34,789 nucleotides of DNA, taken from IMG/VR virus record IMGVR_UViG_3300050505_000049, positions 1 through 34,789 of that record. One strand, given 5' to 3'. Below the pieces are notes generated by a model, which saw only the letters and a program-made list of their open reading frames with translations, ran no database searches and was not told where the DNA came from. This DNA comes from a virus. A program made the translations under genes and the position numbers. Below, one piece after another: positions 17,763 through 26,215 of this stretch (position 1 is the stretch's first letter; the number at the start of each line of letters is the position of its first letter).

Positions 17763-20145
17763 GATTAGTCAACATTGTTTAGACGAAGCATTAACTGCTT
17801 TGGGTAAATTCACTCAAGATGACTTGAAGGATTACGTGCGCGATGTATTTAACCGTGCGCGTTCATACGATGATTTATTTGGTACTGCCGCAATGCAGAA
17901 AGCTATTAAAGAAGTGAATAACGAATCGCTGCAAGCCTTCTTTGAAGATGCCATGATTAAAACAAATAACGTAAACAAATTTAATAAAATTACTTCGCTA
18001 TTTAAAAAAGGTGTTGATCTTACTGAGGTCATTTTACGACGACACAAAAACCTTGATTACAATATTGAATCAGCGCAACGCGCAGCTAGAATGAGATTGC
18101 ATAGTTCATTTTATTCTAAGCTATCAAGTGAAGAAGTGGATTATATTATCAAGGGCAAAAATGATATTGATATCGCTCGCGCCATTGACGGTAAGGCCGC
18201 ATCACCGACAGCAAAAGCAATTGCTGAACGTCACAGAGAGTACATTGATTCGCGTAATGCTGAGATGGTTACATCCAATGCGCTGCCACTCGATTACATT
18301 AACAAAGACCGTCACTTTCGTGGCATACATAACCGCTCAAAGATTCTAAGCGGTGGCGCGAGTCTCTATCAACGCGCAGAGAGTGCCATTAAAAAAACTG
18401 CAAGCGTTGATACTCGTGAACGTTGGAAACAAGTGATATTACCTAAGCTTGATCTTGAGCGTACATTCGCGGGCACCGACGCTATGGGATTGGATGGCAA
18501 AATCGACATGGGTGAAGTCGATAAGATTTTAACTGACGTTTACAAAAATATTATTGATGGCAAATCAAATATTTTTACACGCTCAAAAGTCGCTAACGAT
18601 AAACAAGCATTGTCGAATTTATCGAGAAGATTTTTTGAGTGGAAAGACATGGAAAGTTTCATGCAGTACAACAAGCAATACGGTTACGATAATTATTTTC
18701 ATGCGTTGTCATCCGATATTGAAAGCACTGCAAGCCGCGTGGGTATGGCAAAAATATTTGGTGGAAATCCACAATCCATGTACAACCAATTGAAGCATGA
18801 ACTATTTGAAAAAGATAAAATGAAACCGTTCACTGCTTACAAAACAGATTTATATTACAACCAAGTTTCAGGCGGTAATAATTTAGTATCATCACCCACG
18901 CTTGCCACGATGGGGTCAAACATTCGTACCTTTAGCTCGATGGCAAAGTTAGGGCGTCTTGCTATTCAAAGTATGACAGACGTTTCAAACAACATCATGT
19001 TCGCAAAGGAGTTTGGATATGATTATTACAAGGCTTATACCGATACTCTTGGCGGCTTATTTAATGCTATGCCCAATGAAGAAAGAGCGTATCTCGCAAA
19101 ACTATTTAGAGTTAACGTAGATTCTCACATGGGTTACATTGGAAAATTTCTCGATGCCAATTCAACGGGGGATATTACCCGAAAGGTATCGGGTTATTAC
19201 TACCACGGTATAGGAATGGAGGCACTAGACAAGGGCAACAAAATCAGTGCAATGCACATGATGGCGAAGCATTTGTTTAACATCTCTGGCAAAGCTTTTG
19301 ATGATGTCAACGAAGCGACCAAAAAGTATTTTGGGAAATTTAACGTCAGCAAAGACGAATGGGAAATGTTAAGGAAAAAGAATAAGGGTCAGCTATTCAC
19401 CGTTGATAACGTTGATAATCTCACAGATAAAGAAGTACATGAACTCTGGAGCAAATCTGACAAGTTGATTCCGTTGAGTGATATGCGCACCAACTTACAA
19501 AGCAAAATATATTCGATGTTTGATACCGCCTCGGAAGATGCGATTTTAACACCGAACGCTTTCACGAAAGCATGGTGTACTCTTGGCACAAGCCCAGGTA
19601 CTTTACTCGGTGAGGCGCTCCGTGTGTTCATGCAATTTAAGGCTTACCCGATTCGATACATGGATAGGTACTGGGCATCGTTTATGAACGCCGACAGCGC
19701 CCAGGCGAAGCTTGCCTTTGCTGTACAAATGTTGGCGGCCTCAATCCCAATGTCACTAGCCTCACAGGTTTTGGATAACGCCGCCCAGGGTAAATCTATG
19801 CCTGATGTCACTAAAATGACATACCCTGAACAGTTAAAGTTTTCCATTAACACCGTGGCAAGTGGCGTGGGCACGTTGCAGCGGGTTCTTAACCCTCAGA
19901 ACCAGAACAACAACTTATTTTCGAGCTTACTAAACTCGCCTAGTTTACAATTATTGAGCGATACGACCTCGATTCCATTTGAGCTTTTCACAGGCAACAC
20001 CAAGGGTTTAAAGAAGTCCTTGAAGAATGTGGCCTCCGACATTACGCCAATCGAATCGTTCCCGATCATAGCGCCAATGATTCGCAAAATGATGGGTGAG
20101 AAAGCGTATTTGCAACCAGGACAGGAACAATATTATGGAGCGTAG
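17755..20145 (+). CDS. Internal virion / ejection protein (large)
   Basis: 796 aa with an 8-nt overlap with the previous gene, in the gp16-like position. I did not recognise a transglycosylase motif. Confidence 0.55.
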   Translation: MAKISQHCLDEALTALGKFTQDDLKDYVRDVFNRARSYDDLFGTAAMQKAIKEVNNESLQAFFEDAMIKTNNVNKFNKITSLFKKGVDLTEVILRRHKNLDYNIESAQRAARMRLHSSFYSKLSSEEVDYIIKGKNDIDIARAIDGKAASPTAKAIAERHREYIDSRNAEMVTSNALPLDYINKDRHFRGIHNRSKILSGGASLYQRAESAIKKTASVDTRERWKQVILPKLDLERTFAGTDAMGLDGKIDMGEVDKILTDVYKNIIDGKSNIFTRSKVANDKQALSNLSRRFFEWKDMESFMQYNKQYGYDNYFHALSSDIESTASRVGMAKIFGGNPQSMYNQLKHELFEKDKMKPFTAYKTDLYYNQVSGGNNLVSSPTLATMGSNIRTFSSMAKLGRLAIQSMTDVSNNIMFAKEFGYDYYKAYTDTLGGLFNAMPNEERAYLAKLFRVNVDSHMGYIGKFLDANSTGDITRKVSGYYYHGIGMEALDKGNKISAMHMMAKHLFNISGKAFDDVNEATKKYFGKFNVSKDEWEMLRKKNKGQLFTVDNVDNLTDKEVHELWSKSDKLIPLSDMRTNLQSKIYSMFDTASEDAILTPNAFTKAWCTLGTSPGTLLGEALRVFMQFKAYPIRYMDRYWASFMNADSAQAKLAFAVQMLAASIPMSLASQVLDNAAQGKSMPDVTKMTYPEQLKFSINTVASGVGTLQRVLNPQNQNNNLFSSLLNSPSLQLLSDTTSIPFELFTGNTKGLKKSLKNVASDITPIESFPIIAPMIRKMMGEKAYLQPGQEQYYGA

Positions 20146-20148
20146 ACT

Positions 20149-21867
20149 ATGAGTAATTTGCCGCAGCAAAGCACGATCAATCAATACGTGGCCGATGGTA
20201 TCACCACGATTTATAACTACACGTTCCTGATCTTAAGCGCTAATGCTAGCGCTAATGATATTTCAGTTTACGTCACCCCTTCGGGTCAACCAGCGGTTCC
20301 AACATCCGACATTCAAGTTTTGAATGAAGATTACAGCGTTCAGAACGTTGGAAATGTCAGCGGTGGCACAATTACTTTCTTGCCTGGCGCAATTCCTGCG
20401 AACGGTTCTATCGTTACAATCGTGCGGACGATGAACGTTTCAATCGACACCGAATTTGCGCAAGCTCAAAACTTTAATGGTGCGAATTTAGATAGTGCTT
20501 TCGAGCGCGTTGTCTTAATCATGCAACAACTAAATACCTATTACATGAACAATGCGTTGTCTTATGTAATTAACAGCTACCTGCCTACCCTTGGACTAAA
20601 CTTTTTGCCCGTCCTCACTAACGTAGACAATCAAGTTTGGATTAGCCAAGGTGGGAGAATCATTGCAGCCGTGCTTCAAAATGACGATATGAGTACGCTG
20701 CGCAGTCAGTTAGCGAGCCAAGTACCTTTCGGTGATGGCGCATCGTTAATTGGGTTTTACGATACAGTGAACAACATTGGCACCACACTAGATACTTTTT
20801 TAAATACTTACCCACGCCCGAACAATGGAAACATTATCATTGGCGGTGATATGACAACGAACCCTTGGCAAAGGTCGATTACTTTTCCTGTCGTCACTAC
20901 CAATTTTTATTTGAATGATAGGTTCTTGTATTTTGTTCAAGGCGCGCCGACTGGGGCAATCAGCGCAAATAAAGTTATTGATTCGCCAACCGTATCAGAG
21001 TCAGGTTTATTCGGTGTGAACTCAATTCAGATCGGGGTACAAACCGCTCAAACGGTTATTGCTGCCAACGATCTTTATACTTATCAGTACCGCGTCGAAG
21101 GCTATGACTTTACCTTTATCGCGCAGCGCAATTTCACTTTAAGTTTTTGGGTGAAGTCGAACTTGCCAGGCATCTATCATGCAGCGTTTTCAAATGGCGT
21201 CGATCAATCTTACGTTGCTCCGTTTACGATTTCAGGCTCGAATGTTTGGCAGAAAATTTCGATTACGGTGCCAGCTTCCCCTGCGTCTGGAACATGGAAT
21301 TATACGAATGGAGCTGGGCTTCTCGTCTCGATTGTTTTGGCTGCGGGTTCCAATTACCAAGGCACAACAAACGCTTGGGTCGGCAGTTATATTTATGCCT
21401 CCGCGAGCCAAATTAATTTCATGAGTTCAACGACAAACACAATTAACTTTGACCGTTTCTGTTTGGAACCAGGCAACCTTTCAACTCCTTGGGTTGCCCG
21501 TTCCATTGAAGAAGAACTTGCTTTGTGTGAACGCTATTATCAAAAGAGTTACAACATTGCTGACGGGTCAACGACTACTGTATTACCAGGCTCGACACTG
21601 CTTATTTTGGGTGGCGCACCTGCAAACAATACTGGGTTTGCGAGTCAACCATTCCGTACACGAATGAGGGATACGCCGACTTGTTTTCTATTTTCACCCG
21701 TGACAGGCGCTACTAATAATGTCGCTGACTTAACCTCAGCAACAGACAAAGCGTGTACTCCTATTGAAGCCTCAGAGACAGGATTTTATCTTGAGAACAC
21801 ATCGGGCGGCGCTTTGACTGATACGCATGTTCTTGCCTGGCATTGGCAAGCTAGCGCTGAACTATAA
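20149..21867 (+). CDS. Tail fibre/spike with a T7 gp17-like N-terminal tail-attachment domain
   Basis: The N-terminus (INQYVADGITTIYNYTF ... LNEDYSV ... GSIVTIVRTMNVSIDTEF...NLDSAFERVVLIMQQL) follows the pattern of the T7 tail-fibre N-terminal domain. The C-terminal region has the EELALCERYY motif I recall from phage tail proteins. Confidence 0.65.
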   Translation: MSNLPQQSTINQYVADGITTIYNYTFLILSANASANDISVYVTPSGQPAVPTSDIQVLNEDYSVQNVGNVSGGTITFLPGAIPANGSIVTIVRTMNVSIDTEFAQAQNFNGANLDSAFERVVLIMQQLNTYYMNNALSYVINSYLPTLGLNFLPVLTNVDNQVWISQGGRIIAAVLQNDDMSTLRSQLASQVPFGDGASLIGFYDTVNNIGTTLDTFLNTYPRPNNGNIIIGGDMTTNPWQRSITFPVVTTNFYLNDRFLYFVQGAPTGAISANKVIDSPTVSESGLFGVNSIQIGVQTAQTVIAANDLYTYQYRVEGYDFTFIAQRNFTLSFWVKSNLPGIYHAAFSNGVDQSYVAPFTISGSNVWQKISITVPASPASGTWNYTNGAGLLVSIVLAAGSNYQGTTNAWVGSYIYASASQINFMSSTTNTINFDRFCLEPGNLSTPWVARSIEEELALCERYYQKSYNIADGSTTTVLPGSTLLILGGAPANNTGFASQPFRTRMRDTPTCFLFSPVTGATNNVADLTSATDKACTPIEASETGFYLENTSGGALTDTHVLAWHWQASAEL

Positions 21868-21889
21868 TGTTCCACGTAGAACAAAAATT

Positions 21890-23350
21890 ATGAATTTAGG
21901 CGCAATTGAGACGAGATATGCTAAGATTGCCGAAGCCATCGAGATGAAAAGTGCGGTGCAATACACCACATATCGAGACGCTAAAGGCAATCTGTGCATT
22001 CAATTTGCAAGTGGTGAGCATTTGGTCTTACCGCTGGTTCCTTTTCGTCCATATCAGCTAGAAGCACAAACTGCATTATTTATAGACAATCTCAGGCGTG
22101 TTTTAGTACAAAGACCGCGCCGCTCTGGTAAAGAAATGGAATCGTGGAACATTACTGTTCAGGGCGCCATCGTAGAACCTGGCCTCTATATAGTAGTCTA
22201 CCCCACTAACGTAAGAGCCAAGGCTATTCTATGGGATGGTGCCATTCTTTTGCCAGGCAACCGAAGCGTAAAGTTTCGGGATATGATTCCAAAGCAGTTG
22301 ATACTCGGTAAACCCAATGAACAGGAAATGAAGATCAAGTTGATTAACGGCTCGATCATTTGGATTGTGGGTTCTGACATCGACCCTGATAAGCTCCGCG
22401 GTACGAACCCTCGCGGTATTGTCTTGGCTGAGTTTGCGTTCTGTGACCCTCGCGTGTTCTATACCATGCTGCCTGTGTTGCGTCAGAATGGCGGTTGGCT
22501 ATGGGGTCAATCGACCTACAATGGCATGAACCATTTCTATAGGCTCATGGAAAATAATCGCAATGACCCGCTGTGGTATTGCCGTAGTGATAGCATTGAA
22601 AATCTCGTTGACGAAAATGGTGAACGCTACATCACTGACGAGATGATTGACGAAGATAGAAGGGCGGGTATGCCTGAATATCTTATTCAACAAGAGTATT
22701 ACGGCAAGGTTCAATTGAACCAAGAAACCATCTTTTTCTCGAACGAAATTAACAATCTTCACAAGCGTGGCATGATCGAGCAAGGCTTATATATTCCCAA
22801 TAAAAGATGTTATGCGTTTTACGATATTGGGATGAATGATACAACGGCTCTCACTATCGCCCAGCTCGATAATAGGGGCGACCCTTACGCCATTGGTTAC
22901 TTTGAAGGTAATAATAAACCTTTCCGTCATTATGTGGGTCTAGGACATGCTTTTGCCAATTCCTATGGCCTCAGATTACATGCGCATTACGTGCCCCATG
23001 ATGGTAAAAAGCGTGACTGGAACACAGGAAAAAATACCGTAGACTTTGGCTATGAGATAGGCGAGGAAGTCCATATCGTGCCGCGCCCTACTAATAAAAT
23101 GAATGCCATTGAGTCCATGAGACAAATGCTTTACAGGACAAGATTTAACAAGGAAAATACAGGAAGATTGATTGATTGTTTGTCAAGCTACTCGAAGGAG
23201 TTTGACGATAAACGGGGCGTTTACAAGGATGAACCCCTGCACAATTGGGCATGTCACGGAGTAGATAGTTTTCAAACGATGACCCTAGCAGTGGAGGCTG
23301 GGTTAGTCAATGAAAAGACCTACGATGTGATATACAATAACGGTATATAA
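21890..23350 (+). CDS. Terminase large subunit
   Basis: Walker-A-like QRPRRSGKE and Walker-B-like GIVLAEFAF are present. Nuclease-domain acidic motifs (FYDIGMNDTTAL, HYVPHDG, HGVDSFQ) are also present. The start at 21890 follows the previous stop, but no clear SD was found. Confidence 0.85.
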   Translation: MNLGAIETRYAKIAEAIEMKSAVQYTTYRDAKGNLCIQFASGEHLVLPLVPFRPYQLEAQTALFIDNLRRVLVQRPRRSGKEMESWNITVQGAIVEPGLYIVVYPTNVRAKAILWDGAILLPGNRSVKFRDMIPKQLILGKPNEQEMKIKLINGSIIWIVGSDIDPDKLRGTNPRGIVLAEFAFCDPRVFYTMLPVLRQNGGWLWGQSTYNGMNHFYRLMENNRNDPLWYCRSDSIENLVDENGERYITDEMIDEDRRAGMPEYLIQQEYYGKVQLNQETIFFSNEINNLHKRGMIEQGLYIPNKRCYAFYDIGMNDTTALTIAQLDNRGDPYAIGYFEGNNKPFRHYVGLGHAFANSYGLRLHAHYVPHDGKKRDWNTGKNTVDFGYEIGEEVHIVPRPTNKMNAIESMRQMLYRTRFNKENTGRLIDCLSSYSKEFDDKRGVYKDEPLHNWACHGVDSFQTMTLAVEAGLVNEKTYDVIYNNGI

Positions 23351-23365
23351 CACGGAGGTTTCACT

Positions 23366-23668
23366 ATGTATACGCCAGGCTTTAGTTGCCAAATTTCAGG
23401 CTTAGTCACGAACGATGTTCCCCTGGCTGCGCCAAATCCAAATGCTAATCAAATCATTTCAAGCTCATACATTATGATACCAACCAGCGGCACCGAAGGT
23501 GGTATCGTTTACAAAAATCCAGCGGGTGAAACTTGCTATTGGCCGTTTGCTTTTGTAGGTTACAACCCCATTGCTGCAACCGAGATTTTAAGCACTGCCG
23601 TAGTCGATGGTGTGTCACGCGATACGACAGCAACACCTCTCTATTGGGCAGGTACTTACGGTGCATAA
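23366..23668 (+). CDS. Hypothetical small virion-module protein
   Basis: 100-aa ORF with GGAGG upstream, between the terminase and the second tail fibre. Confidence 0.6.
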   Translation: MYTPGFSCQISGLVTNDVPLAAPNPNANQIISSSYIMIPTSGTEGGIVYKNPAGETCYWPFAFVGYNPIAATEILSTAVVDGVSRDTTATPLYWAGTYGA

Positions 23669-23804
23669 ACGATTTGATTGGCTCATATTTTTTCGGCTCT
23701 TGTTGAACACAGGGGAAGGTCACGTTCACCCTGCCGTCGCCATACAAACCGAAGCTAACACAGATATTCTAACAGAGGACGGACAACTCATTTTGATAGA
23801 ATAA
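23661..23804 (+). CDS. Possible 47-aa protein (GTG start)
   Basis: A frame from GTG 23661 to TAA 23804 fills the 170-nt gap before the fibre gene. It ends ...TEANTDILTEDGQLILIE. There is no convincing SD. Confidence 0.3.
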   Translation: MHKRFDWLIFFRLLLNTGEGHVHPAVAIQTEANTDILTEDGQLILIE

Positions 23805-23838
23805 TTTAGGTCGCTTTATTAATGTAAAGGATTACATT

Positions 23839-25572
23839 ATGCCAAAGATTAGTGCTTTACCGCCCGTCGTGGCGTCCACGTTGACTGACTTAGTAGCCGC
23901 CGTTCAATTGGGCGTGACGACAAAGCAGTCTTTGGCTCAGGTATTAACCTTATTTCAAGCCAACGTACAAATCACAGAGTCGCAAGTCACGGGATTGACC
24001 GCTGACCTTGCCTCGAAATTATCGAAAGCTGCAAACCTTTCTGACCTTGCAAGCGCTGCAACTGCGCGCACGAATTTAGGCTTGGGAACTGCCGCCGTTG
24101 AGAATGTGGCTTTCTTCTTGCAGACTGCAAATAATTTATCTGACGTTCCCGTTCCAGCAACCGCTCGAACGAACTTGGGATTGGGAAGTGCGGCAACCGA
24201 AAACATTACCTTCTTTTTGCAAACAGCAAATAACCTTTCTGACTTGCCGAACGCTGCGACGGCAAGAACGAACCTCGGTTTAGGCTCGGCGGCTACCCAT
24301 CCCGCGACTGACTTTCTGTTGGTTGCAAACAACCTTTCGGACGTTAACAATGCCAGTACCGCCTTGACTAACCTTGGAGGATTAGCAATTGCAAATAATC
24401 TTTCTGACGTGGCTAATGCTGCAACCGCACGAACCAATCTCGGTCTTGGTTCGGCAGCCACTCACCCAGCAACAGACTTTCTTCTTGTTGCAAACAACCT
24501 TTCAGACCTTGCCAATGCAGGTACAGCCAGAACTAATCTTGGTCTAGGCACGGCAGCCACGCAGAACTCTGGTTTCTTTGCGCAAGTCGCCAATAACCTT
24601 TCCGATTTAGCCAATGCTGGAACCGCTAGAACGAACCTTGGTTTGGGTACAGCGGCAGTTAAGGCAGCATCGGGCGCAGGTGGTACGGTTGCCTCAGTAA
24701 GCGGGGCGATTACATCGGGTCACATAGCGACCTTCGCTGATACGTCGGGCACCGTTCAAGACGGTGGCGCGACCTCTCAATTCTTGTTAGCAGCTAACAA
24801 TTTATCTGACTTGGCAAACGCTGGCACAGCGCGAACAAATCTTGGATTAGGAACCGCAGCGGTTAAAGCTGCCTCTGGTTCAGGTGGCACGGTTGCGTCT
24901 GTCACAGGTTCTTTTACTGCGGGTCATGTGGCTGTTTTTGCTGACACATCGGGTACGATTCAAGATGGTGGCGCACCTGGAACGGGTACGGTTAACTCTG
25001 GTACTGCGAACCAATTGGGTTACTACGCTACGACTGGCTCGGCAATATCAGGATTGACCAGCGGAAACAACGGCGTCTTGGTGACATCGGCTGGCGGCGT
25101 TCCTTCTATTAGCTCGACCTTACCGTCAGGCTTATCTATTCCATTACCATTGATTAGCGGTATTACTAGCGGCTCACAGCAAGCAACGGGCAAAGTCGGC
25201 GAGGTTCTTTCAAGCGTTATTTTAAATGCTTCGGCGACTTCATTATCTAATGCTACCTCTAAAAATATCACTTCATTGGCGGTCACGGCTGGAAATTGGT
25301 ATATATTCGGCAATACATTTGATGCTTGCTCGACAGCGGCAATGAATAGCGCGCAATCCAGTATCAGCACGACTACTGCAACACAAGCTGATAACGCACT
25401 TACAGCGATATGGAACTCTGGCTCGGCTAATACAAATGCTATCGCTTTATCTGTGCCAGGTCAGTTCGTAACAATCTCAGGCACGACGACATATTATTTA
25501 GTGACAACAGTAACTTTCTCGGCTGGAACAGCCACGGGTTGCGGTGGGATATACGCTCTTAGAATCAGCTAA
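23839..25572 (+). CDS. Tail fibre protein with ARTNLGLG-type fibre repeats
   Basis: The N-terminus MPKISALPPV...LVAAVQLGVTTKQSL is typical of fibre and spike N-termini. It carries eight copies of ANNLSDLxNAxTARTNLGLGxAA, the classic phage tail-fibre repeat. Confidence 0.85.
   Translation: MPKISALPPVVASTLTDLVAAVQLGVTTKQSLAQVLTLFQANVQITESQVTGLTADLASKLSKAANLSDLASAATARTNLGLGTAAVENVAFFLQTANNLSDVPVPATARTNLGLGSAATENITFFLQTANNLSDLPNAATARTNLGLGSAATHPATDFLLVANNLSDVNNASTALTNLGGLAIANNLSDVANAATARTNLGLGSAATHPATDFLLVANNLSDLANAGTARTNLGLGTAATQNSGFFAQVANNLSDLANAGTARTNLGLGTAAVKAASGAGGTVASVSGAITSGHIATFADTSGTVQDGGATSQFLLAANNLSDLANAGTARTNLGLGTAAVKAASGSGGTVASVTGSFTAGHVAVFADTSGTIQDGGAPGTGTVNSGTANQLGYYATTGSAISGLTSGNNGVLVTSAGGVPSISSTLPSGLSIPLPLISGITSGSQQATGKVGEVLSSVILNASATSLSNATSKNITSLAVTAGNWYIFGNTFDACSTAAMNSAQSSISTTTATQADNALTAIWNSGSANTNAIALSVPGQFVTISGTTTYYLVTTVTFSAGTATGCGGIYALRIS
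24028..24972 (+). repeat. In-frame tandem protein repeats within the tail fibre gene
   Basis: Repeat units start at 24028, 24127, 24226, 24325 (truncated, 22 aa), 24391, 24490, 24589 and 24793. The basic period is 99 nt (33 aa). The last two units are 68-aa extended copies. Confidence 0.9.
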
Positions 25573-25724
25573 TATTTTTTAGAAGGCTTCTTTTTAGCGG
25601 CCTTCTTTTTCTTTAGCTTTTCGGGAAGGGCTTTTATGTTTGGCGTTTCTTTTGCCCAACGCTTTGCTATCTTCGGCTGGTTCGCAAACATCTCTCGCAT
25701 TTGAGCTTTTGATTTAAATGGCAT
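25569..25724 (-). CDS. 51-aa basic protein (KSKAQ motif), below the ORF-track cutoff
   Basis: GAGGGA lies 7 nt upstream of the ATG at 25724. The product is MPFKSKAQMREMFANQPKIAKRWAKETPNIKALPEKLKKKKAAKKKPSKKY. Its stop TAG (25571-25569) overlaps the tail fibre stop codon on the other strand. Confidence 0.55.
   Translation of the reverse strand: MPFKSKAQMREMFANQPKIAKRWAKETPNIKALPEKLKKKKAAKKKPSKKY
25581..25611 (+). terminator. Rho-independent terminator of the late operon
   Basis: AGAAGGC (25581-25587) pairs with GCCTTCT (25600-25606), followed by TTTTTCTTT. It lies immediately after the tail fibre stop and is embedded in the convergent small ORF. Confidence 0.55.
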
Positions 25725-25890
25725 CGTTCGTTCCCTCTACATTCCATGTTGTCGGGTCACATATCTGAGATAAGTGTAGATGACGTTTAGTTGAAGTACA
25801 ACCAGGCCAATCACATTTGAAGGGGCGCTCTTTGCCACAGTCACAGTTAAATAGGTCTTTGGAACAGCCGCCACAGATTAATATTTCCAT
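25714..25890 (-). CDS. 58-aa Cys-rich (zinc-ribbon-like) protein, below the ORF-track cutoff
   Basis: The product is MEILICGGCSKDLFNCDCGKERPFKCDWPGCTSTKRHLHLSQICDPTTWNVEGTNDAI. It overlaps the downstream start by 11 nt. The SD is weak. Confidence 0.45.
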   Translation of the reverse strand: MEILICGGCSKDLFNCDCGKERPFKCDWPGCTSTKRHLHLSQICDPTTWNVEGTNDAI

Positions 25891-25937
25891 CTACCAATTA
25901 CCTACTAATTTCTACCATATTGGTAGGTTCAACAAAA

Positions 25938-26011
25938 TGGTTTAGAGGGATGGAATCGAACCACCATTCACAGCTTCAAAGGCTGCTGTCCTACCGTTAG
26001 ACGACCTCTAA
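25938..26011 (-). tRNA. tRNA-Gln (anticodon UUG), CCA encoded
   Basis: The 74-nt RNA is TTAGAGG-TC-GTCT-AACGGTA-GGAC-A-GCAGC-CTTTGAA-GCTGT-GAAT-GGTGG-TTCGATT-CCATC-CCTCTAA-A-CCA. It folds as a full cloverleaf with U8, A14, GG in the D loop, U33 and a TTCGATT T loop. Confidence 0.85.
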
Positions 26012-26019
26012 ATAATAGG

Positions 26020-26131
26020 TGGGAATCGGAGGGATTTGAACCCTCGATTTGGTAGCGGTATTGCTGTTTAGAAGCACCGCCCTATACCTAGTCTAAACTT
26101 CACGTTTCGGCCAGACTCACGCACGATTCCC
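26020..26131 (-). tRNA. Atypical 112-nt tRNA-like gene, anticodon not assignable
   Basis: The - strand RNA starts GGGAATCG-TG-CGT-GAGTCTGGCCGAA-ACG-T, has about 56 central nt, and ends GAGGG-TTCAAAT-CCCTC-CGATTCCC-A. The acceptor stem is perfect at 7 or 8 bp, the T arm is canonical and the D arm resembles class II tRNAs. No standard 5-bp/7-nt anticodon arm follows the D arm. Confidence 0.55.
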
Positions 26132-26186
26132 ATAACTTTGTTTACATCTTTTGAAACATGGAAATAAACCTCGCTGATTTGTTTAC

Positions 26187-26215
26187 ATTGAATAGGCGGA
26201 GAGTGAAAGACTCAA
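26187..26215 (-). promoter_or_regulatory. Weak candidate promoter upstream of the tRNA genes
   Basis: On the - strand: TTGAGT (26215-26210), 17-nt spacer, TTCAAT (26192-26187). It overlaps one copy of the 11-mer ATGTAAACAAA. Confidence 0.3.

Noticed and set aside
21147-21667. Three 72-89-aa alternate-frame ORFs inside the 20149-21867 fibre gene
   Set aside because: They are out of frame within a long continuous ORF that has recognisable N- and C-terminal fibre motifs, and none has an RBS.
23955-24461. 168-aa ORF on the - strand, plus other reverse or alternate-frame ORFs at 23987-24196 and 24098-24283
   Set aside because: It lies entirely antisense to the repeat region of the tail fibre gene. 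Its own repetitive sequence (ERLFA..., KFVRAVAA...) mirrors the fibre repeats. It has no RBS and opposes a continuous 23.6-kb operon.
24028-24972. Regularly spaced about 60-nt conserved blocks that could be mistaken for a CRISPR array
   Set aside because: The repeats are in frame within one long ORF and encode a known tail-fibre peptide motif. Both the repeats and the intervening segments are translated. The DNA copies are degenerate at synonymous sites rather than identical. There are no cas genes or leader.
26020-26131. Idea that the long tRNA-like RNA is a miniature tmRNA
   Set aside because: The central 56 nt contain no reading frame ending in a stop codon that could serve as a tag ORF, and the RNA is far shorter than known tmRNAs. 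It is kept as an unexplained tRNA-like RNA.
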